Under the pieces are notes generated by a model. That model had not been told where the DNA came from, made no database searches, and worked only from the letters and a program-made list of their open reading frames with translations. A stretch of 64,000 nucleotides of DNA from Octopus sinensis (taxonomy: Eukaryota). This document shows positions 1 through 12,348 of this stretch, in pieces. The stretch is taken from the NCBI RefSeq assembly GCF_006345805.1, contig NC_043007.1, positions 53,382,001 to 53,446,000 on the forward strand, written 5' to 3'. The translations under genes were made by a program, and so were the position numbers. Position 1 is the stretch's first letter, and every line of letters starts with the position of its first letter.

Positions 1-885
1 TGGGACGAGTGCACTATGGCTCACATGGGAGCTTTGGAAGCATTAGATAGAACCATGAAAGACACCCGAGACTGTGGCATCATGTTACAATCCTCAGTCT
101 CACCACTAACATGAGAGCTCAGCTACACGGTGACAAAATGTCCACAAAGTTTGCACAGGACATTTTGACACTTGGTAAAGGCAAGATGCGTCTCGGTACT
201 GCTGGACAAATGGAAGTGTGGTCATTTTCCTTTGTTGTTAATTCTGTAGATGACCTCAACTTCACACAAAACTACCAAAATCACAATTGGCTGTGTGAAA
301 GAGCAATATTAGCTCCAAATAACGTCGCTGTTAACAAAATTAATCAACAGCTAATGCATTCTCTTCCCGGCACTATACACACTTACAAGTCTGTTGATAC
401 AATTCCAGATATAAATGATGTTGTGAACTATCCTCCTGAATTTCTCAATTCACTGGAGCCTCCTGGACTACCTGCTCACATATTAGCACTTAAAGTTGGA
501 ACTCCTGTAATGCTACTCCGCAATCTGGAACCACCAAGACTTTGCAATGGAACACGACTGTTGATAAAGAAAATGATGTCACACGTTATCGAGGCGATCA
601 TTCTTTCTGGGTGTGGAAAAGGTGATGACGTCTTTATTCCAAGAATTCCTCTTACTCCATCAGGAGCAGAAATTCCATTTACATTCAGAAGACTGCAGCT
701 TTGCCATGTCCATTAACAAATCTGAGGGTCAAACCCTCTCTGTAGCTGGTCTTCTCTTGGAAGAGCCCTACTTCTCGCATGGGCAACTGTATGTTGGCTG
801 CTCAAGAGTAGGAACCAAAAGAAACCTTTTTGTATATGCTCCACCAGGAAAAACAAGGAACATATACATGATCCGCTTTTTTTAA
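1..885 (+). mobile_element. Helitron RepHel, PIF1-like helicase C-terminal part (frameshifted, internally deleted)
   Basis: WDECTMAH (motif II) at 1-24, LTTNMR, RAILAPNN..V..IN, LKVGTPVMLLRNL..PRLCNGTRL, VFIPRI, then frameshift to FAMSINKSEGQTL..GLLL...FSHGQLYVGCSRV: PIF1/Helitron helicase motifs. Confidence 0.85.
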
Positions 886-1077
886 CAAACTTCATGTACT
901 TTCATGTATTTATATTAATATACATAAAATATTAGAAAAAAAACACCTTTTATCTATTCAAAATGAACAATTAAATTACACCATCTAGAAAATTACATAT
1001 CATAAAAAAGTTAAAATTAAAATGACAATTAAAAAGTAAAGATTAAATTACAAAAATAATATAATGTATATAATAGG

Positions 1078-1134
<57 letters not shown>

Positions 1135-1239
1135 ATTAAAGTTAATCCAAAGAAGAAAACACAAAAAAAAAACAACAGCGCGAGGACGTGGAACAAATAT
1201 AGTATTATTGGACGGTCAGGAAAGAAGGAAAGAGGAAAG

Positions 1240-1347
<108 letters not shown>

Positions 1348-1430
1348 CACACATATACTAAATGCTCCACTATATTAAATTGTAAATTGAAAGATTTGTC
1401 CTTCAATGTATGATGAGTAAATTTTCATAA

Positions 1431-1905
1431 AGTCCATACTTGAAAAAGAGACTCTCTTGTGTTGAAGTTACAAATGACAGAACACAAACTGACAATTGCT
1501 GAGTCTGTTGTCTGATCTTCAATTGATTTAGTCTAATATAGATATTAAGTTTTATCATACAGGAGCAAATGTTTCCACAAATTAAAGTAAAATGGTTTCA
1601 TTCAAATATTAGAATATCCTTTGTTCAATGTTGTATTTTTCAAAAATCAAAGCATATGTGTAGAACTGTGTGTGTGTGTGTGTGTGTGTTTAATACAGTC
1701 CATACTTGAAAAAGAGACTTTCTTGTGTTGAATTTACAAATGATAGAATACAAATTGACAACTACTGAGTCTGTTGTCTGATCTTCAATTGATTTAGTCT
1801 AATATCTCACAGATTGACAGTGAAATGGTTTCATTAAAATATTAGGATAGCCTTTGTTCAATGTTGTATTTTCAAAAAACAAAACATGTGTAGAACTCTG
1901 GGTGT
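1431..1905. repeat. Imperfect tandem duplication, ~266-bp period, each copy ending in (GT)n
   Basis: AGTCCATACTTGAAAAAGAGACT...TGTGTAGAACT starts at 1431 and 1697; second copy has an internal deletion. Confidence 0.85.
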
Positions 1906-1965
1906 GTGTGTGTGTGCGTGTGTGTGTGTGTGTGTGTATGTATAAATAAATATATATATATATAT

Positions 1966-2006
1966 ACTAGCATTATGACCCGTCGTTGCCAGGTCATAGT
2001 GCTAGT
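1966..2006. mobile_element. Helitron-type 3' terminus (hairpin + CTAG|T), palindromic
   Basis: ACTAGCATTATGACC-cgtcgttgcca-GGTCATAGTGCTAGT: 15-bp arms with 1 mismatch, ending in CTAGT on both strands. Confidence 0.5.
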
Positions 2007-2149
2007 GCATATATATATGTGTATATATATGTGTACATATTACATGTACATCTATATATATACATCTACACATAAAATACAAAATACAAAGTTATATCTT
2101 GTGATAACAATACTCAAAATATATAACAGACTGGAATTGTAGGCCTGAC

Positions 2150-2700
2150 TCTTACAATTTCGATCAATTGTATCTTGTCCTCCCTCTTGTATAGAAGTGT
2201 GGCTACAATCCAGCCTACCTCTACTTCTGGGGGGACATTTTTAATTTTTATCCGGGACGTCCTACGTCCCAGATATAAAGGTAAAAGTAAAATATTTCCA
2301 CTTTGTAAGTTTCAAGTCGAGTACTTCCTTGCACGCTCCGTTGACTCGAACCTTGCTTCTATTGTGGTGAATTTACCGCCTCTGGTTAGATACTTGCTAT
2401 CTTTCATAGTCGCCGAAGATACTTTTCGATGGTGCTTTCCTCCAGGTGTTCAAATCTTGTTTTTTTCTCTACATTGTATACTTTATAGACAATAGTCTTT
2501 TCTTTAATTTAATTTTTTATTTCGTTTGGTGGTGTTATCCTAGATTCACCGTCTTTGTCGGTGATCAATCCGAAATAAGTTTGTATTTCTTCTATTTTAA
2601 TTTTAATGAGTTTGCGGTCGCCGACGGCTGCAGCGAAATTCATTTTTAGACTTTCTTCTATCGAAGGCATTTTAACAAAAATGCTTCCGTATTGTGAAAA
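2150..2700 (-). pseudogene. Degenerate LINE (L1/Tx1-like) ORF1 fragment
   Basis: Minus-strand translation across stops and frameshift: TRGGKFTTIEARFESTERARKYST*NLQSGNILLLPLYLGRRTSRIKIKNVPPEVEVGWIVATL, resembling RRM-type ORF1 of non-LTR elements. Confidence 0.5.
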
Positions 2701-3309
2701 TATTGTCAATTTCCCCAAACAGGGACACAATTCAATTTTTAAACAATAATCAAAGCTCCTTCTCACAAAGGGGGAGGGTTACGGTTTACAATTATTTAAC
2801 AAATGCAACACAACAACGTTTCCCTTTCGAGGAACCAACAAACGTGATAACAATAGTTAAACAGTAATAATAATAACAACAAACCTTACGGTGAATCAAA
2901 AAGCAGTACGCAGTTGAAGCTATAGTCCTTTATGTATAAGAAATAAACCAACTGCAGTACTCAGTAGAAGCAGCTGTTCGAGAAAACAGACATTACATAC
3001 AGCCAAACTTCATATAGATACTTAATGCTAGCTAATTAGCAGATAATCTAATGTAAAAGCCGTGGTAAAAGGTATGTGCGCAGCTCCATCTGGACTATTC
3101 CATTTCTGCACACTAATTTTATTTTTAATTTATTCCCATTCATGTGAAACCACTTATTCAAGTTCGAGTCATTGATGCAATTTTATACCAATTGCTATTT
3201 TTACTTTTGTTATGTTACGATTATATTATACTTTAGTTCGATTTTAATTATTACTTACTACATATAATTCAATTGTTATTATTATCGCTAATTTTTATTG
3301 TTAAAGTGA

Positions 3310-3556
3310 AAGTATCTGACATAAAATAGAGAAATGTTTTTGTTTCACTTTTAACACATAATACTGAAATAGTGGAGAAGATATGATATTGCTATGGGCT
3401 CGCCCTAGGCAAGAAGTTGAACATTTTTTGCCCATGAAACTACATGGACCCTAAGTAAGGCATGTGTAAAATTTGAATGAAATTGGTTGTATAGTTCTCA
3501 AGTTTTAGGGAAACACAGACAGACAGACACACATTCTCAGTTTTATATATATAGAG
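3310..3556 (+). mobile_element. Possible Helentron-associated non-autonomous (HINE/DINE-like) 3' segment
   Basis: AAATTTGAATGAAATTGG...(ACAG)n ACACACATTCTCAGTTTTATATATATAG layout resembles DINE/HINE ends; recognised from memory only. Confidence 0.3.
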
Positions 3557-3604
<48 letters not shown>

Positions 3605-3705
3605 TTATTTATATATTATATATATATATATATATATAATAAATATATATAAATAAATAATAAATATATATAAATAAATAAATATAAATAAATAAATAAA
3701 TAAAT

Positions 3706-3915
3706 ATCGTCGTCATCATCATCACCACCATCATCACCACCATCTTCTCCTTCTCCTCCTTCCTCCTCCTTCTTCTTCTTCTTCTTCTTCTTCTTCTTCA
3801 TCATCATCATTATTATCATCATCATCGTCGTCATAATCATCACCACCATCACCATCATCGTCATCTTCTCCTTCTCCTTCTTCTTCTTCTTCTTCTTCTC
3901 CTTCTTCTTCTACTT
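3706..3915. repeat. Compound (CAT)n/(CTT)n trinucleotide microsatellite
   Basis: Direct reading of runs. Confidence 0.95.
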
Positions 3916-4269
3916 CTCCACCCCCTACCCCATAACTTTGTCACTAATGTTTTTTAGTATAACACCTACGCTAATTCTATAAACAAGCCTGTCAATATAA
4001 ATATTCTCCTGAATTGAACTGAGACTGCCAGCCGCCACTGACCATTCAAAATACGACCATCAGGGCACTCCCAGATTCTCCCACCCCCCTTTCCTCACCA
4101 GCCTTCTTCCTCTACTACCCTACCAAGAACTCACAACGACCTCCAACGCACAAGTGCAAACAAGGGAGTCAGAGAAAGGCAGAATGCCACTTAAATCTGA
4201 ACACTACTATAGAAATATTCTTTTAAAAAAACTTTTCTTCTAATTTTTCTAAATTTAATTATTTAATCG

Positions 4270-4313
4270 TTACAGTTGAAAAGGTCTCAAAATGACCGAA
4301 ACCGGTACTGAAA
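4270..4313 (+). ncRNA. Minimal type-I hammerhead ribozyme motif, U3-A8 core variant
   Basis: ttaCAG-TTGAAAA-GGTC tcaaaat GACC-GAAA-CCGG-TA-CTGaaa: stem I CAG/CTG (plus TT/AA beyond a mismatch), stem II 4 bp, palindromic stem III ACCGGT, GUA site. Confidence 0.6.
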
Positions 4314-4358
4314 TGTTCACTATAAAATTATTTTAGCATTTCTATTTTTGACTTGTTT

Positions 4359-4409
<51 letters not shown>

Positions 4410-4426
4410 ATATATTATATATATAT

Positions 4427-4469
<43 letters not shown>

Positions 4470-4471
<2 letters not shown>

Positions 4472-4720
4472 GCGGAGGGCTTTGTCATGACGATTGTCTG
4501 CTGTACCACCAAAACATTTCAAATCAAAAAATACACAAGGTTAAGAGTAGATTAGTTAGGTTTTTTAGTAGAATGGGATTGCACATCGTTTTTGACGATG
4601 AGTTAACTAAAGCCAACTTCTTAGACATTACTCTCAATTTACAAAATAACTCGTACTTCCCATACCATAAACCTTCCATAAATCTTAAATCGTAATAAAG
4701 TACGATTTTAAATTGGAAGC
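4470..4720 (+). mobile_element. Penelope-like element RT fragment
   Basis: GGLCHDDCLL...KANFLDITLNLQNNSYFPYHKPS = degenerate PLE RT YxDD-like motif and FLD-to-thumb region. Confidence 0.7.
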
Positions 4721-5757
4721 ACATCGTTAGAGTTATCTCTATCCACCGGTCTCAGCAAACTGATTTGGCAAGGAATTCTGTCTTCTCTGCAATTCTGAGC
4801 TATTTTTCATTATTTTTTCTAAAAATCCCCTAGTAAACACGGTTATAGAGCGAGCAATGTAAACATTGGCAAAAACACACATTTAGTGCATATAAGTAGT
4901 CTCTATCATTATATATAATTTAAACTTTAATTTCCTTTATATTTACATTCACTATTAATATCCCTACTCTTTCTGTAAGCTACCTATGACGTTATATCAT
5001 ATAACGTTTTTTTTAAACAATATTAATAGCGTTCAGTCAATCGCTATACAAATCCATCATTTTTTGCTAAAATGTCTTATTGACGAGTTTCGTTTTTTTC
5101 ACTTTCCTGAAGAGAAGATTGCATTGTTTATACCATTTATTCTTTTGAATAGTATCAGTGGAATTTTCGAAACATGTGTCGAAAGTAAAAATATTTGGTT
5201 TACACCTGCGTTAAACTCCATATATTTATTCATATATTATTCAAAATATTCCACGTAAACCCGAAGTTTCTACCTTTATAAACAAGGAGTTACAACCTCT
5301 TTACTTGTGAGATTTTTGCAACCCCGGTAACTATTTTTTTTTCCGTGTTAATTGTTAACAAGGTAAAAATACACTCATCTATATAAATATATATATATAA
5401 ATATATATAAAAGCAATTAAGATTCAAGTCAATTCCAATGAATTTACTTGAATATGGTACTTAACTTAGATGCACCAGAAAACTATATGGTGTTAACCAT
5501 ACAGTAATGTGGGGTGATTATAAACGAGAAAGAAGCAACAAGAATGGATTAGTTTTTAGTACAATTGTTTCATACAAAGACAGGCTTTATTAAAAGTTGC
5601 AAAAATTGCAGCAGATAAAAGTGTCCCGTACTCATCAGCTAAAATACATATGAGTTCTCCAAACATCTTAGTGGGTGAGGCTATACTCATGAAGTATTGG
5701 AGATAATTTCATTAAAGGCAGATTTCGGTTGCAAACAGATTTCCAAAGTTCTTTAAT

Positions 5758-5963
5758 GATGATGCACAGTCTTATCACAGGTTCTTAAAAGCTTATTAGC
5801 TTCACAGAGAAGGTGAATTAATCCGTAGTGTAGATGTAAATTTCCAGAGATATGAGGAGGATGATACACAGACTTATCACAGGTTTTTAAAAGCTTATTA
5901 GCTTCACAGAGAAGGTGAATTAATCCGTAGTGTAGATTTAAATTTCCAGAGATATGAGGAGGA
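5758..5963. repeat. Two tandem copies of a 102-bp unit
   Basis: GATGAT(G/A)CACAG(T/A)CTTATCACAGG...GATATGAGGAGGA at 5758 and 5860. Confidence 0.9.
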
Positions 5964-6109
5964 ATTTCATACTCACAGACGATGAATTTATCCATGGTTA
6001 ATCCACAATCATTTCATGCTATATGATAAGGTATTTGCCACATTACTGTTCTCCACGCAAAACTGCTATGTTATGACTTCTAAAGGCTGAAGGAATTTTT
6101 TGTGGAGCA

Positions 6110-6305
6110 AAGAAAAGAAAAGAAAGGAAAAAGGAGAAAAGAGACAAGGAAAAAAAAGAGACAAGGAAAAAAGAAAAAGAAAAAGGAAAAGAAGAAGAAA
6201 AAATGAAAAGAAAAAGAAAAAAGGAAAAGAAAAAGAAAAAAGAAAAACGGGGAGAAGAAAAGAAAAAGAAAAAAGAAAAAAGGGGAAGAAGGGAGAAAAG
6301 AAAAA
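6110..6305. repeat. Purine-only A/G low-complexity tract
   Basis: (GAAAA)-like repeats; the Lys-rich and Phe-rich ORFs here are by-products. Confidence 0.9.
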
Positions 6306-6974
6306 ACGCCCACATAGAGTATACTGTGACAACTTAGAGGGAAAGGGGGTTCTAAAGTGACCAACTACAGAAGAATTTGTAGACGGCCTGGCTAGCTTGA
6401 ATTTGTAAGAATCCAGGAACTATGAGGAGAAAATTATTTTTGACCAGTAAAACAGCTATTTATTGCCAACCTGACGTAGTTGAAAGCAGATATGAATCTA
6501 AAGAGAATCTAAAGAGATAACAAGGTCAGGGGTAGAGGGATCAAAAGCTATCATCAAAGGGAATACATTAAGAGAAAAAATCTAAGTGCAACCTTAACAA
6601 GAAGTAATTTAAATTTATTTATTTATTTATTCCTGTTACTGTCTTAAATTGTTGCCGTTACTATCTATACATTGACAGACTACCGGTCAAAACTTAGAAT
6701 TTAGTTAACAAGGTGTGATGGAATTGTCTATTATATTGAAAATAATGAAATTATCTCCAATACTTCATGAGTATAGCCTCACCCACTAAGATGTTTGGAG
6801 AACTCATATGTATTTTAGCTGATGAGTACGGGACACTTTTATCTGCTGCAATTTTTGCAAATTTTAATAAAGCCTGTCTTTGTATGAAACAATTGTACTA
6901 AAAACTAATCCATTCTTGTTGCTTCTATAAATATATATATATATAAATAAATATATATATAAATATCTATATAA

Positions 6975-7007
<33 letters not shown>

Positions 7008-7010
<3 letters not shown>

Positions 7011-7230
7011 TATGTGTAGTTTGGGTTTTAATGGGATAGACAACCAAATGAAAGCCATTGTTATTGTTTAACGTGTTTATTTACTATTCATGTTACACGG
7101 ACTTGTCAACATTCCAGCGTAGTAATACATTATATACTTTACACACAATTTTTACTATTCACTAACAAAATAGTGCCTAGAGTGGGGATGTATTCTATGC
7201 ACGTATACACATAGATATGAATGTGTAACA
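7008..7230 (-). repeat. 3' LTR of the Gypsy element
   Basis: Direct repeat of 11520-11747; preceded on minus strand by PPT. Confidence 0.95.
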
Positions 7231-7242
7231 TCCCTTCTTCTT
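7231..7242 (-). promoter_or_regulatory. Polypurine tract
   Basis: AAGAAGAAGGGA immediately before TGTTACAC on minus strand. Confidence 0.85.
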
Positions 7243-7417
7243 GAAAAAAATAAAGGGGTCTTCTGGCAGTGAAGACAATTATGAGTAGTCTCCCTTACTC
7301 TAATGGATTGTCAGCCTGAGGTGGCAATCCTACAGCAGAAATCGTGAGATTATTCTGCCTCTGCTTTGTAGTCTAGCTGAATTTGTTACTTATCTTTTCA
7401 TTTTGGTTTTTTTTTCC

Positions 7418-10400
7418 TTAACGGTATCGAACCGGTGGCAGAATGTTCTTTCTCCATCTGGTGGATCTTGTGCTTCGCACCGGTGTCTGAGGTGTGTTGT
7501 TGGGCTGCTGATAGGTGGTTTGTGCCCGTTGGGGTGATGATTCTGTGGGTGTTGTCACGGATGCAGCAGGTGTTGTACACGTTGTCCTCGACAGCTTTGG
7601 TGTTGGGCGGATGTGGGCTCTGTTACGTCTCAGCTGCCCACCAGATTCCGTTTCTATTATATATGATCTTGGAGTTTCAGCTCTACTGACAACCTGTGCT
7701 GGGATCCATGTTTTAGTTATGGGATCTTGAGTAGGCACATGTTGTCCTCCAAGTATCTCAGGTAAATATTGTGCGTGTTTGTTGTAATACCTCTGTGATT
7801 GTTCTTGAGTGGCTGCTAACTTTGCCCTTGTCTCTTCCTGGTCAATAGGAGGTTGGATCTTAGTTGGTAGGGTAGTTTTGTACTTACTGCCATTCAGCAA
7901 TTCTGCTGGGGATTTCATGTCAGCTCTCAGTGGTGTCGCTCGTAGGGACAGAAGTGCCAGGTGTGGATCTTCCTTAGTCTCTCGGCATTTGACAAGTGTT
8001 CTCCTCACTGTCTGTACCTGTCTTTCTATAAACCCATGACTTTTGGGGTAGTGTGGAGATGAGGTTGTGATATTGAACCCATACTCATCGGCTAGCTTTT
8101 TGAATTCTTGTGATGTGAACTGGGTTCCATTGTCACATATGATCTGCTCTGGTATTCCTTGCTCTGCTAGAAGTCCTCGAGCCACTGTAGTGATTGTTTT
8201 GGCTGTCAGGTCTTTCACTTTTCTCACAAATGGAAATTTGGAGTAGTAGCAGGCCATTATCAAATACCATTCTTGGCCCTCTGTGAACAGATCTACTCCA
8301 ATAGTTTGCCATGGCCTTCTTGGGATGTCACTAGATATCATTTCCTCCTTTTGTTGTGAGTTTCTGTACTTTTGACAGATGTGGCATGTAGAAACTGTCT
8401 TTTCTATGTCTTTGTACATGCCTACCCAATATACTGCTGACTTGGCTCGGAGCTTGCATTTCTCCATTCCTAGATGCCCTTGGTGGATCTTGTCAAGAAT
8501 CTCTTTTTGCATTGACTTGGGTATAATTATTCCGGGATCCAGCCATCAGGATTCCATTCTCCACTGATATATCATCATGGATGGCCCAATATTCACGAAT
8601 TAGGGGCTGCACCTGATGTCTCTTTTCTGGCCACCCCTGAATCACCATCTGAGTGAGGAGCTGAAGTTCTTCATCTTTGCTGGTCTCCTCTTTGATTTCC
8701 GCTAGCTTTGTGGTTGTCACATTTACAATGTGGTGGACCTTTATGCTTAGTCCTTCCATCTCCTGCTTATCATGTGAGGATAGTCTGGAAAGAGCATCCG
8801 CCAATATCAGATCTTTTCCTGGCTTGTACCTGATATCATAGTCGTATGTTTGAAGCCTTAACAGTAATCTTTGCAGTTTGGCTGGTGCTTTTGTCAGGTT
8901 TTTTCTATGTATTTGTTCTAGCGGGCGATGGTCTGTTTCTATATCGAAATGTCCGCCATACAGGTATGTATGGAACTTTTCGCATCCATATACTACTGCC
9001 TGGAGTTCCCTTTCAATATTCGCGTACCTTGTCTCTGTGGGTGAGAGAGCTTTCGAGGCATATGCAATGGGTTTACCTTCTTGTATCAGTGCTGCGCCAA
9101 CTCCTCTCACAGAAGCATCGACTTGGAGTGTTACTGGCTTACGTCTGTCATAATATTGCAGAGTTGTCTCCTTACTGATGAGCTTTTTGATTGCTTTGAA
9201 ATCCTGTGTGTGTGAAGCACACCAATCAAACTCTACGTCATCTTTGTTTAGTTCTCGGAGATTTGCAGTGTGATCGGCCAGCTTGGGTATGAAGGCTCCC
9301 ATGTAGTGGATGAGTCCCAGGAAGCTCCTGAGTTCCTTCTTGTCTTTGGGTTCTTTAATGTCTCAGATGGCTTCCACTTTAGCGGGGTCTGGTTTAACTC
9401 CCTCTGCAGAGTATATAACTCCAAAGAATTTGCACTCCTTTTCTTTTATCACACACTTGTCTGCATTGAGTTTGATGCCTGCTTGTCGGGTTTTCTCCAT
9501 AGCTTCATGTAAATTGAAGTCATGTGTGGTTTCATCCTTGCCATGCACTTGGATGTCATCTGCTATTCCAATTGCTCCCTTCCAGCTTTGATAGGTCTCA
9601 TCTATTTGGCGCTGGAAAACATCTTGGCTCACCTTCAATCCAAATGGGAGTCGGTTGAATCGATATCTACCAAATGGTGTGTTGAAGGTAGTGAGCATGG
9701 ATGACTCTTTGTCTATATTTATATTCCAGTACCCATTGCTGGCATCCAGTTTGCTGAATAATTTGGATCCAGCTAATGATGGTGTGATTTCTTCAAGGGT
9801 TGGAATTCGATGGTGCTCTCTTTTTAATGCTTTGTTCAGGTCCCTTGAGTCGAAGCATATCCGTAGGGTACCATTGGGTTTTTCCTTGATTACAATTGAA
9901 TTTACCCAGTCTGTTGGTTGTGTCACTTTGGTGATTATTTCTTTTCTTTCCATTCTGTCCAACTCTGTCTTCAGCTTCTCTTTTAGTTCTAGTGGGACGC
10001 GGCGAGGTGGGTGAACAATTGGTTTGATATTGGAGTCGACTGTTATATGATATCGACGTTTCACAAAGCACCCGACTGTATCGTCAAAGCATTCAGGGTA
10101 TATGCTTATCAGTTCTTCTTTGTTTGTGATTTGTGGTCGATCTTTGATAGGCATATCACTGTCAATCCTGCTTGGAGCTGCTTTCACTTCAGCATTGATT
10201 GACACAATATTAAGCTTTTTGCAGGTATTGAGTCCAAGAATTGCTGGGCCTTCTGTTCTTGTGACATAAAAAGAACACTTGATTGTTTTTCCTTTGTGTG
10301 TCCCTGTGATAGTTGTTTTGCCCAGTTGTGGAATCCTGGTACCTCCGTACCTCTTGTGTTATGTGTTCTAGGAACATCTTTTTGTTGAGGTTGACAGGTA

Positions 10401-10557
10401 AGATATCACTCTGGGCTCCAGTGTCAATCTTTAGCCTTAAGTCTATGTTTATTCGTTTCCTGCCAGACTTCTTCTGTATTCTTATTGTTGTGTATGCCTC
10501 ATTTTTTCTCTGGTCGTCATTTCCCATCTCATGCACATTTATTGTGCCGACTGCCAA
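7418..10557 (-). pseudogene. pol: Gypsy pol (PR-RT-RH-IN) in four frameshifted pieces
   Basis: ORFs 10210-10557 (DTG), 9363-10205 (RT), 8493-9302 (RNase H), 7418-8512 (integrase). Confidence 0.9.
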
Positions 10558-10589
10558 GAATTCCTCCTCTGAGGTGTTTTGTTCTTGTT

Positions 10590-11399
10590 ATTGGGCATGT
10601 ATATCTCTTCTTCTATTTCCGCTCCTCTTTGAAAATTGGGGCTTGTTTTTCTGGGATTTTGTTAACCTACACATTTTTTTCCCAGTGGTTAAGTTTTCCA
10701 CATGCTTTGTAGTGTGTACCGAATGCAGGACATTTCTTTCGGTTATTGAATTCATGCTCCATATCACAGTACTGGCATGTTCTTTGTTTGCGGGTATGTG
10801 TCCTGTGCCTAGATACAATATCTACACTGCTGCCTAGTGAGCTTGTTTGTAAGCTAAGTGAGGCCATTTGTTTGGTAGTAGCTTCGAATGCTCTTGCAGT
10901 GTCTACTGCTTCTATCAACTTGGAGAGCGTCCTTACCTATGAGGGATTTCTGAACTTCCTTATGAGTACACCCCTATATTAATTGATCAACGATTCTTTC
11001 GTCCTTATCTTTGAATTTGCATTTTTCGGCAACATTCTTTAGTCTGGACAGAAAATTGTCAATCGTTTCTTGTGGGTCTTGTTTCAAGCCCTGGAATTCG
11101 AATCTGTGAATTCTATGGTTCGATCTGGGCTCTAGGTGCCTTTCAAATTTCTCTAAAAGTGTGTCTGGGTTATTGCAGTCCGATTCTGACATATCCCAGC
11201 TATTGAATAGGTCTATACCTTTATTGCCCGTCCATAAAAGGATATAGCTTACCTTCTCATCGTCAGTTGTGTCTTTCAGGAAACTTTTGAAAGCTAGTTG
11301 AGTTTTCTGTTTGAATTTTTTAAATGCTTCTACGACATCAACGGAATCCCAATTCATAATCGGATGTAGATTCATCTGTACGGCGACGGGGGTCGCCAT
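10590..11399 (-). pseudogene. gag: Gypsy gag with degenerate zinc knuckle
   Basis: MATPVAVQ...FKKFKQK...YILLWTG..GIDLFNSW...LKQDPQETIDNFLSRL...CKF; CQYC..H...CPAFG...C...NHW. Confidence 0.85.
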
Positions 11400-11506
11400 C
11401 TTGGATCGTCGTGTTGTCCGAAGACGAAGCGATGTTTTGTTTGTTAAATTTCTGGTTCGTTGTGTTTCTGTTTTGTTGTAAAGGCACAGTTTCCGATTAA
11501 TTATTT

Positions 11507-11519
11507 ACCGCTGCCACCA
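11507..11519 (-). promoter_or_regulatory. Primer-binding site, tRNA-Leu (AAG/TAG type)
   Basis: TGGTGGCAGCGGT directly after the 5' LTR; complementary to ACCGCTGCCA-CCA, the 3' end of metazoan tRNA-Leu(AAG/TAG). Confidence 0.75.
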
Positions 11520-11747
11520 TGTTATGTGTAGTTTGGGTTTTAATGGGATAGACAACCAAATGAAAGCCATTGTTATTGTTTAACGTGTTTATTTACTATT
11601 CATGTTACACGAACTTCTCAACATTCCAGCGTAGTAATACATTATATACTTTACACACAGTTTTTACTATTCACTAACAAAATAGTGCCAAGAGTGGGGA
11701 TGTATTCTATGCACGTATACACATAGATATGATATGAATGTGTAACA
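11520..11747 (-). repeat. 5' LTR of the Gypsy element
   Basis: Direct repeat of 7008-7230 with an extra GATAT. Confidence 0.95.
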
Positions 11748-11775
11748 ATATATATATATAGATATATATATAGAA

Positions 11776-11810
<35 letters not shown>

Positions 11811-11816
11811 AAATAA

Positions 11817-11865
<49 letters not shown>

Positions 11866-11933
11866 TATATATATAAATAAATATATAATCTTATTTCCGC
11901 CAGAGTTCTTTCGTCACACTCCTGTGACCACAT

Positions 11934-11984
<51 letters not shown>

Positions 11985-12076
11985 TTCACCATGTGCAACT
12001 CGTAAACACCAGTCGTCTTTTTTCTCTTTCCCTGTTGCCCGCTCTGGGATCTTTCTTTCCTCTCTCTTCCTTCTTT

Positions 12077-12115
12077 ATGTTTCCGACGAAGAGCTCCGCT
12101 CGAAACGTCATACCT
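12077..12115 (+). ncRNA. Degenerate minimal hammerhead motif (CCGACGA core)
   Basis: CCGACGA-A-GAGC tcc GCTC-GAAA-CG-TC; stem I only 4 of 6 pairs. Confidence 0.4.
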
Positions 12116-12199
12116 CCCTGCTTCCTTTTCCTGAGCGCCTATTAATAATAATACTGTAATTGTTCCATTGTTGTTGTTTTTTTGTTTCCCGTTTGGATT

Positions 12200-12290
<91 letters not shown>

Positions 12291-12308
12291 AAAGAAGAAA
12301 ACAAAGGA

Positions 12309-12348
12309 CCACTGATGCGGTCACAGGAGTGTGACGAAAGAACTCTGG
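12309..12348 (+). ncRNA. Variant minimal hammerhead motif (CTGATGC core)
   Basis: CCA-CTGATGC-G-GTCACA ggag TGTGAC-GAAA-GAAC-TC-TGG; stem I 3 bp, stem II 6 bp, A9 replaced by C. Confidence 0.4.

Larger units (their letters stand above)
5531..6926. repeat. 184-bp inverted repeat pair (5531-5714 / 6743-6926)
   Basis: AGAAGCAACAAGAATGG...GATAATTTCATTA and its reverse complement; one mismatch seen. Confidence 0.9.
7008..11747 (-). mobile_element. Ty3/Gypsy LTR retrotransposon, probably Mag-like, full-length with frameshifted gag-pol
   Basis: LTRs 7008-7230 and 11520-11747 (TGT...ACA; 4 substitutions and a 5-bp indel); gag, CCHC remnant, protease DTGA, RT (LDASNGYW, PFGL, IADD), RNase H (DAS..GVGA, ERE, TDHRPL), integrase (H-x2-H..C-x2-C, VDLF/DNG/ERQVQ) in PR-RT-RH-IN order. 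Confidence 0.95.

Noticed and set aside
4745-5331. Possible TIR element (ACCGGTCTCAGCAAA / TTTTGCAACCCCGGT)
   Set aside because: Ends match poorly; no TSD or transposase motif
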